Shown here: positions 12,600 to 27,121 of the stretch, piece by piece | How positions within the stretch are numbered: the stretch's first letter is position 1 | Layout: every line of letters begins with the position of its first letter | Source: Eledone cirrhosa | Lineage: Eukaryota | Direction of reading: 5' to 3' | DNA length: 64,000 bases | NCBI GenBank assembly: GCA_964016885.1 | Contig: OZ024754.1 | Span: 9,114,001 to 9,178,000, forward strand | Notes under the pieces: generated by a model | The model's database searches: none | What the model was told of the DNA's origin: nothing | Seen by the model: the letters and a program-made list of their open reading frames with translations, nothing else | Program-made: the position numbers and the translations under genes

Positions 12600-12795
12600 T
12601 TTATCCCGGGTTCAATCGGGGGTAACCACAGTAAGTAAGGTACTCAATACATAGCAGAGTATAAATATTTAATATAGAAATGGCTTCTACAGGACTAGAA
12701 CTGTTTCATTCGGGAGAAATCATCAGAGCTTCCTGATGATTTCTCCTGAATGAAACAGTTCTAGTCCTGTAGAAGCCATTTCTATATTAAATATA
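12600..12795. mobile_element. Fold-back hammerhead-bearing element, family A
   Basis: ~60-bp near-perfect inverted arms (12664-12726 / 12733-12795) plus the shared tail; flanked by (CA)n/(TA)n. Confidence 0.8.
12728..12776 (+). ncRNA. Type I hammerhead ribozyme motif
   Basis: gcttc-CTGATGA-t.ttc.tcct.gaa.t-GAAA-cag-ttctagtc-ctg-TA-gaagc: all core nucleotides, stem I 5 bp, stem III 3 bp + A-U, GUA triplet. Confidence 0.75.
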
Positions 12796-13276
12796 TATAT
12801 GTGTGTGTGTGTGGATGTTTGTGTGCATATGTGTGCCAATGTATCTGGGTGTATGTATATGTGGATGTTTGTGTGTGTATGTGCGCCATGTTTGTTTGTA
12901 TATGTATGTATTCATATATATTTATCTATTTGACTATTCATTCTAATCCATATCAACCAACAAACAATGAGTTAAAATCGATTTTATTTTAAAAATCTGC
13001 TCAAAAGCAATATTTATATGACCTTTAATTCCCTATAAATATTACATATTTAACCAACTCCCGAGATAGATTCATTATTAGGAAATAATAAGATAAGTTA
13101 TTATAATAATATAAATGTATTTTTAATGCCTCAAATGACTTTAATAATAATAAAATAAAAGTGAGTCTATCTGTATAATGTATTTTTAATGTCTAAGATA
13201 TTTCTACTTCAGGATATTGTTAAATATGTAATTTTATGGACAAATTAACGAACATTTATTGTTTCTAAGTAACTTT

Positions 13277-13280
<4 letters not shown>

Positions 13281-13362
<82 letters not shown>

Positions 13363-13772
13363 TGTGTGCGTGTGTGTGTGTGCGTGCGCGTGTGTATGTA
13401 TGTGCGTGTGAATGTATGTATGTATACTCACAGAGATGTATAATGGAAGTATGATTCCTTTAATATATACATACATCTTTTAATATATACATACATACAT
13501 ACTTTAATATATACATACATACATCTTTTAATATATACATACATACTTTAATATATACATACATACATACATCCTTTAATATATACATACATACATCCTT
13601 TAATATATACATACATACATCCTTTAATATATACATACATACTTTAATATATACATACATACTTTAATATATACATACATACATCTTTTAATATATACAT
13701 ACATACTTTAATATATACATACATACATACATACATCTTTTAATATATACATACTTCCTTTAATATATACAT
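13281..13772. repeat. (TG)n followed by a (tttaatatatacatacatac)n compound repeat
   Basis: Seen directly. Confidence 0.9.
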
Positions 13773-13819
13773 AGAAATCTTTAAAAACCCATCTAGCCGT
13801 ATATTCGAAAATACAAAAG

Positions 13820-13992
13820 TAAGACGCAGTAGAGGAAGACCACGAAAAACATGGGCGGAGGTGGTGAGAGCTGACCTCAGATCGCTGAAGCTCACGGTGG
13901 AGATGACAAGTGGAGAGATGCTGTGCTGAATAGGACCCGGCCCACCCTTGCAAGCAGGGAAAAGCAGACGTAAAATGATGATGATGATGATG
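13820..13992 (+). mobile_element. RTE family A extreme 3' end
   Basis: Near copy of 720-908 including the (GAT)n tail. Confidence 0.88.
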
Positions 13993-14275
13993 AGAGTAAT
14001 GTAATTGCTAAAGAGTTAAAGGCTTCACAATGTATGTAGTACAGCACATAGTAGTGCTAATTCCTCGATATTGTGTATATAAAGGTTTTTGTGGTTTCGG
14101 TTATGTTTTTTTTTACTTGTTTCTGTTTTTTTTTTAATTCCTTCCCGAGGTACCAGTTGCTATGGTAATTGTTTCTATATTTCAGTTTCTACATTCTAGT
14201 CATCTACATTTCCAGTTCCTTAGATTTGGACCATTTCTCCATTTCTTGTAACGACACATTATTATTTTGGTGGAC

Positions 14276-15624
14276 TGGTAGTATTGGTAGAATGGTGTAT
14301 TGGTAGTATTGGTAGAATGGTGTATTGGTAGTATTGGTAGAATGGTGTATTGGTAGTATTGGTAGAATGGTGTATTAGTAGTATTGGTAGAACGGTGTAT
14401 TGGTAGAATGGTGTATTGGTAGAATGGTGTATTGGTAGAATGGTGTATTGGTATAATGGTGTATTGGTAGAATGGTGTATTAGTAGTATTGGTAGAATGG
14501 TGTATTGGTAGTATTGGTAGAACGGTGTATTGGTAGAATGGTGTATTGGCAGTATTGGTAGAACAGTGTATTGGTAGTATTGGTAGAATTGGTAGAATGG
14601 TGTATTGGTAGTATTGGTAGAATGGTGTATTGGTAGTATTGGTAGAATGGTGTATTGGTAGTATTGGTAGAATGGTGTATTGGTAGTATTGGTAGAATGG
14701 TGTATTAGTAGTATTGGTAGAACGGTGTATTGGTAGTATTGGTAGAACGGTGTATTGGTAGAATGGTGTATTGGTAGAACAGTGTATTGGTAGTATTGGT
14801 AGAACAGTGTATTGGTAGTATTGGTAGAACGGTGTATTGGTAGTATTGGTAGAATGGTGTATTGGTAGAATGGTGTATTGGTAGAATAGTGTATTAGTAG
14901 TATTGGTAGAATGGTGTATTGGTAGAACAGTGTATTGGTAGTATTGGTAGTATTGGTAGAACAGTGTATTGGTAGTATTGGTAGAACGGTGTATTGGTAG
15001 AATGGTGTATTGGTAGAATGGTGTATTGGTAGAATGGTGTATTGGTAGAATAGTGTATTAGTAGTATTGGTAGAATGGTGTATTGGTAGAATGGTGTATT
15101 GGTAGAATGGTGTATTGGTAGAATGGTGTATTGGTAGAATGGTGTATTAGTAGTATTGGTGTATTGGTAGAATGGTGTATTAGTAGTATTGGTAGAATGG
15201 TGTATTGGTAGAATGGTGTATTAGTAGAATGGTGTATTGGTAGAATGGTGTATTAGTAGTATTGGTAGAATGGTGTATTGGTAGTATTGGTAGAACAGTG
15301 TATTGGTAGTATTGGTAGAATTGGTAGAATGGTGTATTGGTAGTATTGGTAGAACAGTGTATTGGTAGTATTGGTAGAATTGGTAGAATGGTGTATTAGT
15401 AGTATTGGTAGTATTGGTAGAATGGCGTATTAGTAGTATTGGTAGAATGGTGTATTAGTAGTATTGGTAGAACGGTGTATTGGTAGTATTGGTAGAATGG
15501 CGTATTAGTAGTATTGGTAGTATTGGTAGAATGGTGTATTGGTAGTATTGGTAGAATGGTGTATTAGTAGTATTGGTAGAATGGTGTATTAGTAGTATTG
15601 GTAGAATGGTGTATTGGTAGTATT
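14276..15624. repeat. 1.35-kb satellite of TATTGGTAG and AATGGTG blocks (16- and 25-bp periods)
   Basis: Seen directly; strongly strand-asymmetric, almost no C on the + strand. Confidence 0.95.
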
Positions 15625-16029
15625 ATATTCCTGGACTTTTAATATTATTAAAAATTTTAACAAATGAAGACATTCACATAATCAAAAGATACGCCTTGTT
15701 ATATATATTTCAAAGGTACTGTTTTTTTTTCCAGTACGTCTGCAAGCCATACACAAGTGAATTATGGTTATTACAGGATAGAGTTGAGTATAACAAGTAT
15801 ATAGACAGGCACCACATATAAAGCAAACTATACACAAGCAAAGAGGGGTTACTGTAAGATACAGCTGAAGCAAAAGCCCCACAATCTTATTTTAGTTACT
15901 GTAAAACACTTGGTAAAGAGTTACTACACGTGTATATTAACCGTATAGGCTACACCGACCGGTTATATATCTCCCGAATGTCTATGGGTTAAATAGAAAT
16001 AGGATTGTCAGTAGATAACAAATCCGTCT

Positions 16030-16222
16030 AAATAATTGTTTCTACTTTAGGCACAAGGCCAGCAAATACCCAGTGCATTACTGGTACTTTATTTTATCGA
16101 CCCCGTAGGGATGAAAGGCAAAGTCAACCTCGGCGGGATTTGAACTCAGGTCGTAAAGGGACGTAACTATGCTGGAAAGCATGGCGTCCGACCCTCTACC
16201 GATACAGCCAACCCACCGCCCT
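16030..16222 (-). mobile_element. tRNA-derived SINE, full length
   Basis: A box, B box, core and tail all present. Confidence 0.9.
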
Positions 16223-16376
16223 CTAAATAATACACCATATGTAGATCGTTCAAAAGTACGAAAGAGTTGGATATAAATTATCATTCAAACATAAGATGAC
16301 GTCCAGTAACAAGTATTACATGCTGGGTTTATACATAAAAAAACTCCCATATGTTTAAGATCCCAGGCCGTATCTC

Positions 16377-16542
16377 ATAATTGTTTCTACTTTTGGCACA
16401 AGGCCAGCAATTACCCAGTGCATTACTGGTACTTTATTTTATCGACCCCGTAAGGATGAAAGGCAAAGTTAACCTCGGCGGGATTTGAACTCAGAATGGC
16501 AAGGGCCGTAACTCCATGCGTCAAAGCATGGCATCCGACCCT
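16377..16542 (-). mobile_element. tRNA-derived SINE
   Basis: Same family; nearly identical to 45920-46085. Confidence 0.9.
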
Positions 16543-16696
16543 AATGTGTTCAAGCTTCAGTTCCAGATTTAAAACAACCAAAGTCCCCACACACAACCCA
16601 GTCACGAACACAATGCCTGGCACCAGCAGCAGCGATCAGAACACGTGGGTAAACAATCTATACAAAACAGAAAAGAAAATAACACAAAGTGCCCAA

Positions 16697-16728
16697 ATAT
16701 ACATACACCCACATATATATATATATAT

Positions 16729-16767
<39 letters not shown>

Positions 16768-17688
16768 TATACACATATATATATATATACATATACACAT
16801 ATATATATATATTTTATATATATATACATATATATATATATACATATACACATATATATATATACATATACACATATATATATATATACATATACACACA
16901 CATATATATATACATATATATATACACATATATATATATACATATATATATACACATATACATATACACATATATATATACATATACACATATATATATA
17001 CACATATATATATATATACATACACACATATATATATACACATATATATATATATACATACACACATATATATATATATATATACATATACACATATATA
17101 TATATATATACATATACACATATACATATACACATATATACATATACACATATACACATATATATATATACACATATATATATAAATATACACATATATA
17201 TATACATATACACATATATATATATACATATACACATATATATATATATACATATACACACATATATATATACATATACACACATATATATATACATATA
17301 CACACATATATATATACATATACACACATATATATATATATACACACATATATATATATACACAAATACACATATATATATACATATACACATATATATA
17401 TATACATATACACATATATATATACACACACATATATATATATATACATACACATATATATATATATATATATATACATATACACATATATACATATACA
17501 CATATATATACATATACACATATATATATATATATACATATACACATATCTACATACATATACACATATATATATTTATACATATATATATATACATATA
17601 TTTATACATATACATATATATAAATATTTATACATATATATATAAATATTTATACGTATATATATATATATATATATATTTATACATA

Positions 17689-17769
<81 letters not shown>

Positions 17770-17811
17770 CATATATATATATGTATATATATTTATACAT
17801 ATATATATGTA
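16697..17811. repeat. 1.1-kb (TA)n/(CA)n compound microsatellite
   Basis: Seen directly. Confidence 0.97.
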
Positions 17812-17896
17812 TTTGGAAGTCTCTTTGGTCTGGAGATAAAGGAAGAAATTAGACAAATAATCAGCTGGGGCTGGTGTTGGTGTCTGTGGTGACGTT

Positions 17897-18577
17897 TGTG
17901 GTGGTGGTGTCAGTGGTGGTGGTGTGGTGTCAGTGGAAGTGGTGGTGGTGGTTGTGGTGGTGGTGGTTGTGGTGGTGGTGGTAGTGGTGGTAGTGGTTGT
18001 GGTGGTTGTGGTAGTGGTTGTGGTGGTTGTGGTTGTGGTGGTTGTGGTTGTGGTGGTTGTGGTTGTGGTTGTGGTGGTAGTGGTTGTGGTGGTTGTGGTT
18101 GTGGTGGTAGTGGTAGTGGTGGTGGTGGTGGTGGTGGTTGTGGTAGTGGTTGTGGTGGTGGTGGTGGTGGTTGTGGTGGTGGTGCTTGTGGTGGTGGTGG
18201 TAGTGGTTGTGGTGGTAGTGGTTGTGGTGGTAGTGGTTGTGGTAGTTGTGGTAGTGGTTGTGGTGGTTGTGGTGGTTGTGGTGGTAGTGGTTTGTAGTGG
18301 TTGTGGTGGTTGTGGTGGTTGTGGTGGTTGTGGTGATAGTGGTTGTGGTTGTTGTGGTAGAGATTGTGGTAGTGGTTGTGGTGGTTGTGGTTGTGGTGGT
18401 TGTGGTTGTAGTAGTGGTGTTGGTGATGGTGTAAGGGAGGGGAAGATAGTTGTAGTACGGTTGTTAGTGGTTGTAGTGGTGGTAGTAGTAGTAGTGGTTG
18501 TGGTGGTGGTGGTAGTAGTAGTAGTAGTAGTGGTGGTTGTGGTGGTAGTAGTAGTAGTGGTGGTTGTGGTGGTAGTG

Positions 18578-18615
<38 letters not shown>

Positions 18616-18775
18616 TGTGTTACTGGTGTTGGTGATGGTGTAAGGGAGGGGAAGATAGTTGCAATGTGGTTGTGGTAGTGCTTGCAGTGGTAGTAGTAGT
18701 GGTGGTAGTAGCTGCCGTGGTAGTAGTAGTTGTGATACTGGTGGTGTCGATTGTGGAAGGGAGGGGAAGATAGTT
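17897..18775. repeat. (GGT/TGT/AGT)n trinucleotide low-complexity tract
   Basis: Seen directly. Confidence 0.93.
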
Positions 18776-19291
18776 GCGGTAGATTGGCGGAATCGGTAGA
18801 GCAGATAAAATGCCCAGCACCATTTAGTTATGGCCCTTTATGTTTCCAGTTCAAATCCTGACTCAGTCAGCTCTGTCAACATCCCTGGGTCAATAAAATA
18901 AAGTACCAGTAATGGACAGGGTCCAGTCTAACCTTCTGGTTGTTACAGGTGCATTATGTCACCAATAGCGTTATCTCTTGTGCCTAATTTATAAAGAGCA
19001 TTATTTAATGGTGGTGGATTGGCAGAGTCGTTAGAGCATCAGACAAATGCTTAACAGCATTTGTTCTGGCAATTTTTATTCTATGTTCAAATCACCTCAG
19101 AGTAAACTCCCCTTAAAACATAATGTAGTGTCAAGGGATGCAATTCATAAAAAATTCTAGCATGCTAAAGGTTAATCTATTTTCTCTTTCCTTTAAATTA
19201 CTGGCTTTGTTTCTAAGTTAGAAACAATTATATGACCTTCCAATATTTGTGCAGCAGCTATGACCAGTTTTTTTGTGATTTTTTTTTCAGA

Positions 19292-19880
19292 GAGTCACTC
19301 CAGGTAGAACTGCTACTTCCCCTGAATCCAGAGATCACGGCTTTAGTACTATGGGTATGGGGTTAGAGTGTCTAAGGAAAGAATTGCTGGTGAGTCACTC
19401 CAGGTAGAGCCTCTTCGTCTACGAATCAAGAGATTGCAGCTTTGATATTATGGGCATATGGTTAGAATGTCTTAGGAAAGAATTGCTGGTGAATCACTCC
19501 AGGTAGAATTGTTACTTCTACGAATCGAGAGATTGCAGCTTTGATATTATGGGCATATGGTTAGAATGTCTCAGGAAAGAATTGCTGGTGAGTCACTCCA
19601 GGTAGAATTGTTACTTCTATGAATCGAGAGATTGCAGCTTTGATACCATGAGCAAGTGGTTAATGTGGTAAGAATGTCTCCAGAAAGAATCGCTGGACAG
19701 ATTTTACAGGCAAAAACCAACTGGCAGGAAACTCAGTGCTGGAAACTGAGTAAGATGGTTGGATAACATCCATAAGCTCGGCTGATCTCGCTTGGAGATA
19801 CAGCTAGATGAATTGGACAAGGTTGCTTCTGACAGGGGGCGCTGGGAGGAATGTTTGAGGACTCCGTCACCCCATGACCC
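19292..19880 (+). mobile_element. RTE family B 3' fragment with a ~99-bp segment repeated 4x
   Basis: Units beginning gagtcactccaggtag at ~19293, 19392, 19491 and 19590; continues into KPTGRK..RWLDNI. Confidence 0.75.
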
Positions 19881-20030
19881 TCCCAAGAATAATTTTAAGA
19901 AGGAGAAGAAGAAGGAGAAGAAGGAGAAAAAGAAGAAGGAGAAAGAGGAGATGGAGGAGATGAAGAAGAAGGAGAAAGAGAAGAAGAACAAGGAGGAGGA
20001 GAAGGAGAAGACAAAGTCTTTTTTCACTCA

Positions 20031-20383
20031 GCTCCACACTCAGCCTTACTGAGATGTCCAGTTCAGCTCCACACTCAGCCTTACTCAGATGTCCAGTTCA
20101 GCTCCACACTCAGCCTTACTGAGATGTCCAGTTCAGCTCCACACTCAGCCTTACTGAGATGTCCAGTTCAGCTCCACACTCAGCCTTACTCAGATGTCCA
20201 GTTCAGCTCCACACTCAGCCTTACTGAGATGTCCAGTTCAGCTCCACACTCAGCCTTACTGAGATGTCCAGTTCAGCTCCACACTCAGCCTTACTCAGAT
20301 GTCCAGTTCAGCTCCACACTCAGCCTTACTGAGATGTCCAGTTCAGCTCCACACTCAGCCTTACTGAGATGTCCAGTTCAGCT
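20031..20383. repeat. 35-bp minisatellite x10
   Basis: Unit gctccacactcagccttact[g/c]agatgtccagttca. Confidence 0.95.
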
Positions 20384-20665
20384 CACCTCTGCCCATTCCT
20401 TACCTTAACAAATGAGAAAACATCTCTCTTTAAATTTCACTTCCATTCCACTTGATTAAGGAATAAGTCTGGTTTGTTTGTTTGTTTTTTGAAAGTTATT
20501 CAAGCAAAAACTCATTAGATAGATGGGTTGGTTGGGAAGAAGGGTGGATGTTGTTGTTGTTGTTGCTATTGTTATTTTAATTAAATCTACTCTTGTACGT
20601 CGTTGTCTAAGATACGTGGCTGTAATTATAAGCATAGTTATTGTTTAGCCTATTAATATGTGGCT

Positions 20666-20756
20666 ATGTATATGTATGTATGTATATATGTGTGTGTATG
20701 TATGTATGTATATATGTGTATGAATGTATGTATGTATGTATATATATATATGTATG

Positions 20757-20844
<88 letters not shown>

Positions 20845-20920
20845 TATATATGTATATACTTGTGTGTGTGTGTATATATATATATATACATATGTATATA
20901 TATGTATATACATGTGTGTA

Positions 20921-20968
<48 letters not shown>

Positions 20969-21145
20969 GTATATATATATATTCGTACATATATATATGT
21001 ATGTATATATATGAACGAATATAAGTATACATATATACATATATATATATATAATGAATATATATATCATATATACATATATATTTATACATACATATAT
21101 ACATATTCATATATTTATATGTATACATATATATAATGAATATAT

Positions 21146-21195
<50 letters not shown>

Positions 21196-21248
21196 ATTTA
21201 TACATATGTGTATTGTGTATATATATATATGTGTGTGTATGTGTGTGA

Positions 21249-21306
<58 letters not shown>

Positions 21307-21590
21307 TTCTCTGTGTGTGCTCATATGGATATTTATATGTGTGTATATATAAACAGACACAAACACACACATATGTCCATACACACAGACACACATATGT
21401 CCATATACACAGACACATATATTCAATAAATAGTAAGGGTCTGTACATCAGATTACAAATATATTTGAGTGAGTGTATACATATGTCTATTTAGAAGTAT
21501 AGTAGTAACAAGTGTGAGTGTACGTCTGTGTATAAACATATAGAAAATGTGTATATATATATACATATATATATATATATGTATATATAT
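20666..21590. repeat. (TA)n/(TG)n/(TATG)n microsatellites
   Basis: Seen directly. Confidence 0.93.
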
Positions 21591-22519
21591 AGTAATGTGT
21601 ACCCATAGTACATATTTCTATAGAGATACATACACAAAAGCTCTATGGCTATATTTCCAATATCTTCAAATGAAGTCTTAATCCCAAGATAGAGAGAAAA
21701 GCTATTATAACTTCTTTTGAACTACATTGAATCTAGTTAAATTTCCACAGTTGCTATGGAGACTAACATTGTCTAGTAGGGGTGACTTGTACCGAGGAGT
21801 AGTAGTCAAATTTGTCCCGGTTTCAATAAGCACTTGTAGTTACTGTTATTGTTGTTGTTGTTGTTGTTGTTATGGTTAACCTCCAAGCAGAGGCATAACT
21901 AGAGAAAATAGCCCCTATGGCAAGCACAAGCAGTAAAACTGTGTCCCTATCCAGCTCTGTATTTTTACCTATGGAGGTCTGATAATTTATATAAATGGTT
22001 TAATGATCCAGCCACCATAGAGTTCTCAGCCATGATAATAATCAGAGACAGATCATACATCTGAGGGAGTTTCTTTCTTTGCTCTCTGACAAGGCTTATT
22101 TGACTTTAATAGAACATGTTCCTAGACCAAATGGAGCCCCCTATGGCATGTTCCATGCTTGCCATACCCTAGTTACACCTCTGCCTCTAAGTCACTTCTG
22201 ATCAAGATGGCCGACAAGCAAAGACTAATCATGACGTTCCTTCTTTTTTTGCATATCAAGGACTATATTGTGAAATATGTCTTTCCTGTTATCATGGCGG
22301 TGATTGTTAATCCACAGATAAACCATAAAGCTAGTAATAGACTTACCTATAACCTAAATAAGTCATAAGTTAGGGCCACACACACTTGGGGTCCCATTTT
22401 AAAATATATATTTTTATTTTAATTTTATCATTAGTTTTTATTCTTTAAGACTAAATCATAAAAAATTATAAATATATATTATGGGTCTCCTGTCTGTTGG
22501 TTTTGCCTGTATATATATA

Positions 22520-22536
22520 TAATCTACAACACTCTG

Positions 22537-22586
<50 letters not shown>

Positions 22587-22603
22587 CAGAGCGCTGTAGA
22601 TTA
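22520..22603. repeat. Inverted repeat centred on (TA)n
   Basis: taatctacaacactctgtta-(TA)n-taacagagcgctgtagatta. Confidence 0.85.
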
Positions 22604-22724
22604 TTGAAGCATTGTTGAATAGGAAACACAAATTAGTTATCTTAGCAATTTTAATTGTCTAGTGCATTGTATGGCTTTCAAAATTATTTAAATTTCTGTT
22701 GTTTCATATATATATATATATATA

Positions 22725-23565
22725 GAAAGTACAATAACTAGGGTAAGAACGGGATGGAAGAAGTTTAAGGAACTACTACCACTGCTAGCTGCAAAAGGCT
22801 TCTCCCTCAGAATGAAAGGCAGACTGTATGATGCGTGTATCCGAACAGCGATGTTGCATGGTAGTGAGACCTGGGCGCTGAAGGTGGAAGACTTACGTAG
22901 ATTAGAGAGAAACGAAGCCTGCATGCTCCGATGGATGTGTAACAGTAATATACGTGAACGACAAAGCATAAATGAATTGAGAGAGAGACTAAGCATAAGA
23001 GGAATCAAATGCTGCGTGCAGGAGAGGCGGTTGCGCTGGTATGGACATGTGATGCGTATGAAGGATGACAGCTGCATAAAAAGGTGCAGAGCACTAGAAG
23101 TTGATGGAAACCGCGGAGTGGGGAGACCCAAGATGACTTGGGATGAGGTGATAAAAGCCGACCTTACCCAACTACACCTCTCAAAGTCAATGACACACGA
23201 CCGTGACTTCTGGCGTCACGCAAGTAATACAGGGTACACGACCTCCCATGGGTACATGCTGAAGCATATAAACAATATGCCCCCCCCCCACCGCAAGGTG
23301 GTCGTGGAGGTGCCACGGCAAAAAAGCACCCAGCCCACACTGTAAAGTGGACGTGTAGGCGCCACGAAAAAGCACCCAGCACTCACTGTAAATGAGGTTG
23401 GTGTTAGGAAGGGCATCCAGCTGTAGAAATCAAGCCAGATCAGTTCCTGTATGACCAAGGCATGGTCAGCCGACCAGACACTGCACACAACAGGACAACC
23501 CGTCTAACCCATGCTAGCGTGGAAGAACGGACGTAAAACGGTGATGATGATGATGATGATGATGA
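22725..23565 (+). mobile_element. 5'-truncated RTE LINE with 3' UTR and (GAT)n tail
   Basis: ORF 22812-23345 with MLHGSETW, ERRLRWYGHVMRM, GVGRPKMTW; (TA)n on both flanks. Confidence 0.92.
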
Positions 23566-23704
23566 TATATATATATATATATATATGGGAAAAACCCAAC
23601 AAACAGGAGATCCAGGTGTAGATCCCGAGCACAATGGTTGGATAACATCCATGAGCTCGGCTGGTCTCGGAGATCCAGTCGGATTGATTGGACACAGTTG
23701 CTTC

Positions 23705-23741
<37 letters not shown>

Positions 23742-23744
<3 letters not shown>

Positions 23745-24008
23745 GATATTAATAAATGGAAACTATATTTATAAAACCATATTTATTTCATTATACATAT
23801 TTCAGGGATACCAAATTAAATTATGGTATGCCTTCATCAGACAAAATACAATATATAACAGTTTTACAAATAAGCTTTGACGTACCCTATTAAAATGCAA
23901 CCATTTATTAATATCGTATATCTACTCCAAATACTTGTCGAGTGCTTTATATCAGTTATAAAAATATTTACTTGTTGTATCCCAACAATTTTAAATAGAA
24001 CTTTTGCA
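23742..24008. mobile_element. Hammerhead-bearing element family B, partial copy
   Basis: Homologous to 27426-27873; minus strand CTGATGA-agg.c.atacca-taatttaatt-tggtat.c.cct-GAAA-tatGTA. Confidence 0.6.
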
Positions 24009-25071
24009 TATATATATATATATATATATATTAAATTCAAAGGGGTATATATATATATAATTAAACATAGTCACAGATACATTTATGAGTTTGGCAACCT
24101 TTCACGGTGTGGCTCAATGAAGAAATAATTAAGCAAATAATCATTAATCAGAGCTATATATAAAATTGCAAGTTTGAAGAACTATTAGATAAAATATATA
24201 CAGTATTTCTTCTCCTAGTCAGTATAAATCAACCACATAAAAAAAATCATTTAGACGAGGCTATAAGTTTAAAATGTAACTATGAAGAAATAATAGACAA
24301 ATGATACAGACTATCTTCTGCGATGTACAGCCATATGACATTTACCTAATTATTTCTTTTAGCCTGTAGAAATTGACTAGACAAATAATTAACTACACGG
24401 CGTTAGGTACAAATTCTATTTTACAATACTTCTCCTTTTTGAAATTTGAACTCAGAACGTAAAAGGCCTTAACTCTATGCCATAAAGCATATTGTCTGAT
24501 GCTCCACCGATATTGTCAATCTACTACTGAGTGAAATTTGAACTCAGATCGTAAAGGTAGGCAATTAATGTTCGTTACTCTACTAAATCTACCAATCTAC
24601 CGTCTTTCACTAATTAACACACAAAGAGAAGTAATATAAAAAGATTGCCATCAAAGTTTGATTGAATTCAGACGATGTGGAAAATTGTGGATTTTCTATT
24701 GAAACGTAAAATGACACGAATAGGTAGCATTGCTATTAATCTGGTGACGGAGGTAGGTTAGACCTAGGTTAGGCTTAGCTTAGGCCTAGATTTCACTTCT
24801 CGCATGACACAATTCGAACTCGAATAGAGTGGTAAATAAGCAAAGACCGTTAGAATTAATAAAATAGATTCCTTACTGTCTTTCTTTTTTCTTCAGCTAT
24901 CTGCGTTTTAAATGTTCGTCCTTAGTTATACACACACACGTATATCGATGAAATACCAATGATCGTTGGCAAATCACTGATGAGGGACTAATTTTATAAT
25001 ATGTAATCCATGTGCAACCATGCAGTATTCTTCTCCCCATGTTTTTCACACACACATATATATATATATAT

Positions 25072-26608
25072 ATCAGGGGAACACGCCAGTCAGATAGATT
25101 ATATTCTTACCAGAAGACGTGATAGAGTGTCTGTTGTAAACACTAAATCCCTCCCCCAGGAAGAATGCACCTCCCAAAATAGACTCATAGTTAGCGACCT
25201 CATAGTCAGGACAAGACGTACTCAACAACAGAGGAGGACTTTCCTCAGGAGAAAAATATGAAAGCTAAAGGACCCCACAGCCAGTAATAAATTTAAAAGC
25301 ATATTACTTGATGCTTTTGACAGTAAAGAAGAGCAATTAGAGTCGTACAATATAGAGGAACAGTGAGAATTCCTGAAAGCTAACCTGCCTATAGGCAGGA
25401 GGAGAGTAACGTGGTGGTGGAACAGTAAGGTGGAGGAGTCAATCAAGGCCAAAAAGCAGGCTTGGAAAGTATGGCGGGATGGGGGAAGTAGAGAAGACTA
25501 TCAAGTGGCCAGGAGGGAAGCTAGTGAAACAAGTGTACTTCGCAAGAAGGGAAGCAGAGGAAAGAAAGTTCAAGCATGTTCTACAACGCGAGGACCAAAC
25601 ACGTGAGGTGTTCAGGATTGCTAAGCAATGTGTCAAAGAAAACCGTGATATTGTCAGGGAGAAGTGTGTCCGTAATGATGATGGTGTACTTGCCATCACT
25701 GACGCTGATAGGAAGGTAGCTTGGAAGTGTCACTACGAAAGGCTACTAAATGAGGAGAATAGAGAGCTTATACCACTATTGGCCGCTAAAGGTTTCTCTC
25801 TAAAAATGAAAAGCAGGCTGTATGATGTCTGCGTATGAACAGCAATGTTACATGGCAGTGAGACTTTGGCATTGTGTGCAGAGGATCTACGCAGGCTGGA
25901 GAGGAACGAAGCTTGCATGCTCCGTTGGATGTGTAATAGTAATATACGTGAACGGCAAAGCATAAATGAACTAAGTGAGAAATTAGGAATAAGAGGGATC
26001 AGATGCTGTTTACTCGAGAGAAGACTACGTTGGTATGGTCATGTGATGCGCATGAAAGACAGCTGTATAAAAAAGTGCAGGGCGATCAAAATAGACGGTA
26101 GCCACGGAGTAGGCAGACCCAGAAAAACCTGGGACAACTTGATAAATTCCGACCTCACACACTTACACCTCTCCAAGACAATGTCACTGGATCGAGATCT
26201 TTGGCGCTACGCAGTAATACAGAAGACCCGCCTTGCCTAAGTGCAAAGCGAAACCTACAGTCAGTAGGCACCTCTTACCAAAATACACCCACGTCCCACC
26301 CCATCCACATCACCCCCTTTCGATGTAAAGTTATGTTGGTACCACAACATCCAATCCTAAATAAATGAGGTCGTGTAGGTGTCACAACAAAGAAACACAC
26401 AGTCCACGCTGTAATGTGGCCGTGTAGGTAACACGGTAAAAACCTCCCAGTCCACACTGTAAATGTGGTTGGTGTTAGGAAGGGCACCCAGCCGTAGAAA
26501 ACCTGCCAGACAGTCCTATACGAGCAAGACAACCACTCTTGCCTCAAGTGGGAAAATTACCTTCCAAACCCATGCTAGCGTGGAACACGGACGTTAAACG
26601 ATGATGAT
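25072..26608 (+). mobile_element. Internally deleted RTE LINE
   Basis: Endonuclease end SQIDYILTR, linker HYERLLNEEN joined directly to the C-terminal RELIPLLAAKG..MLHGSET..RLRWYGHVMRM; 3' UTR and (GAT)n tail. Confidence 0.9.
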
Positions 26609-26651
26609 GTGTGTGTGTGTGTGTTTATCCTAGGTTCATATATATATATAT

Positions 26652-26682
<31 letters not shown>

Positions 26683-26935
26683 CACACACACACATATATA
26701 TATATACACACACACATATATATATACACACACACACATATATATATACACACATATATATATACACACACACACATATATATATATACACACATATATA
26801 TATACACACACATATATATACACACACATATATATATATACATACACATATATATATACACACACACACACCTATATATATACACACACATATACACACA
26901 CACCTATATATATACACACACATATATACACACAC

Positions 26936-26967
<32 letters not shown>

Positions 26968-27023
26968 ATATATATACACACACACACACATATATATATA
27001 CACACACACACACATATATATAT

Positions 27024-27055
<32 letters not shown>

Positions 27056-27121
27056 GCACACACACACATATATATACACACACACACACACCTATATATA
27101 TACACACACACACACACATAT

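Noticed and set aside
16496-17727. Long YI/HT/CV-rich ORFs here and at 2710-3315, 6095-6548, 20641-21494, 26575-27251, 28130-28422, 59158-59589 and 60289-61576
   Set aside because: Translations of (TA)n/(CA)n microsatellites, which lack stops in several frames
17896-18643. Gly/Cys-rich (keratin-associated or metallothionein-like) and poly-Val ORFs
   Set aside because: Products of a GGT/TGT trinucleotide tract with non-ATG starts; the same applies to the Pro/Thr/His ORFs at 58211-59076
24975-25030. CTGATGA motifs here and at ~38365
   Set aside because: No downstream GAAA/stem III/NUH arrangement found, so not called as hammerheads
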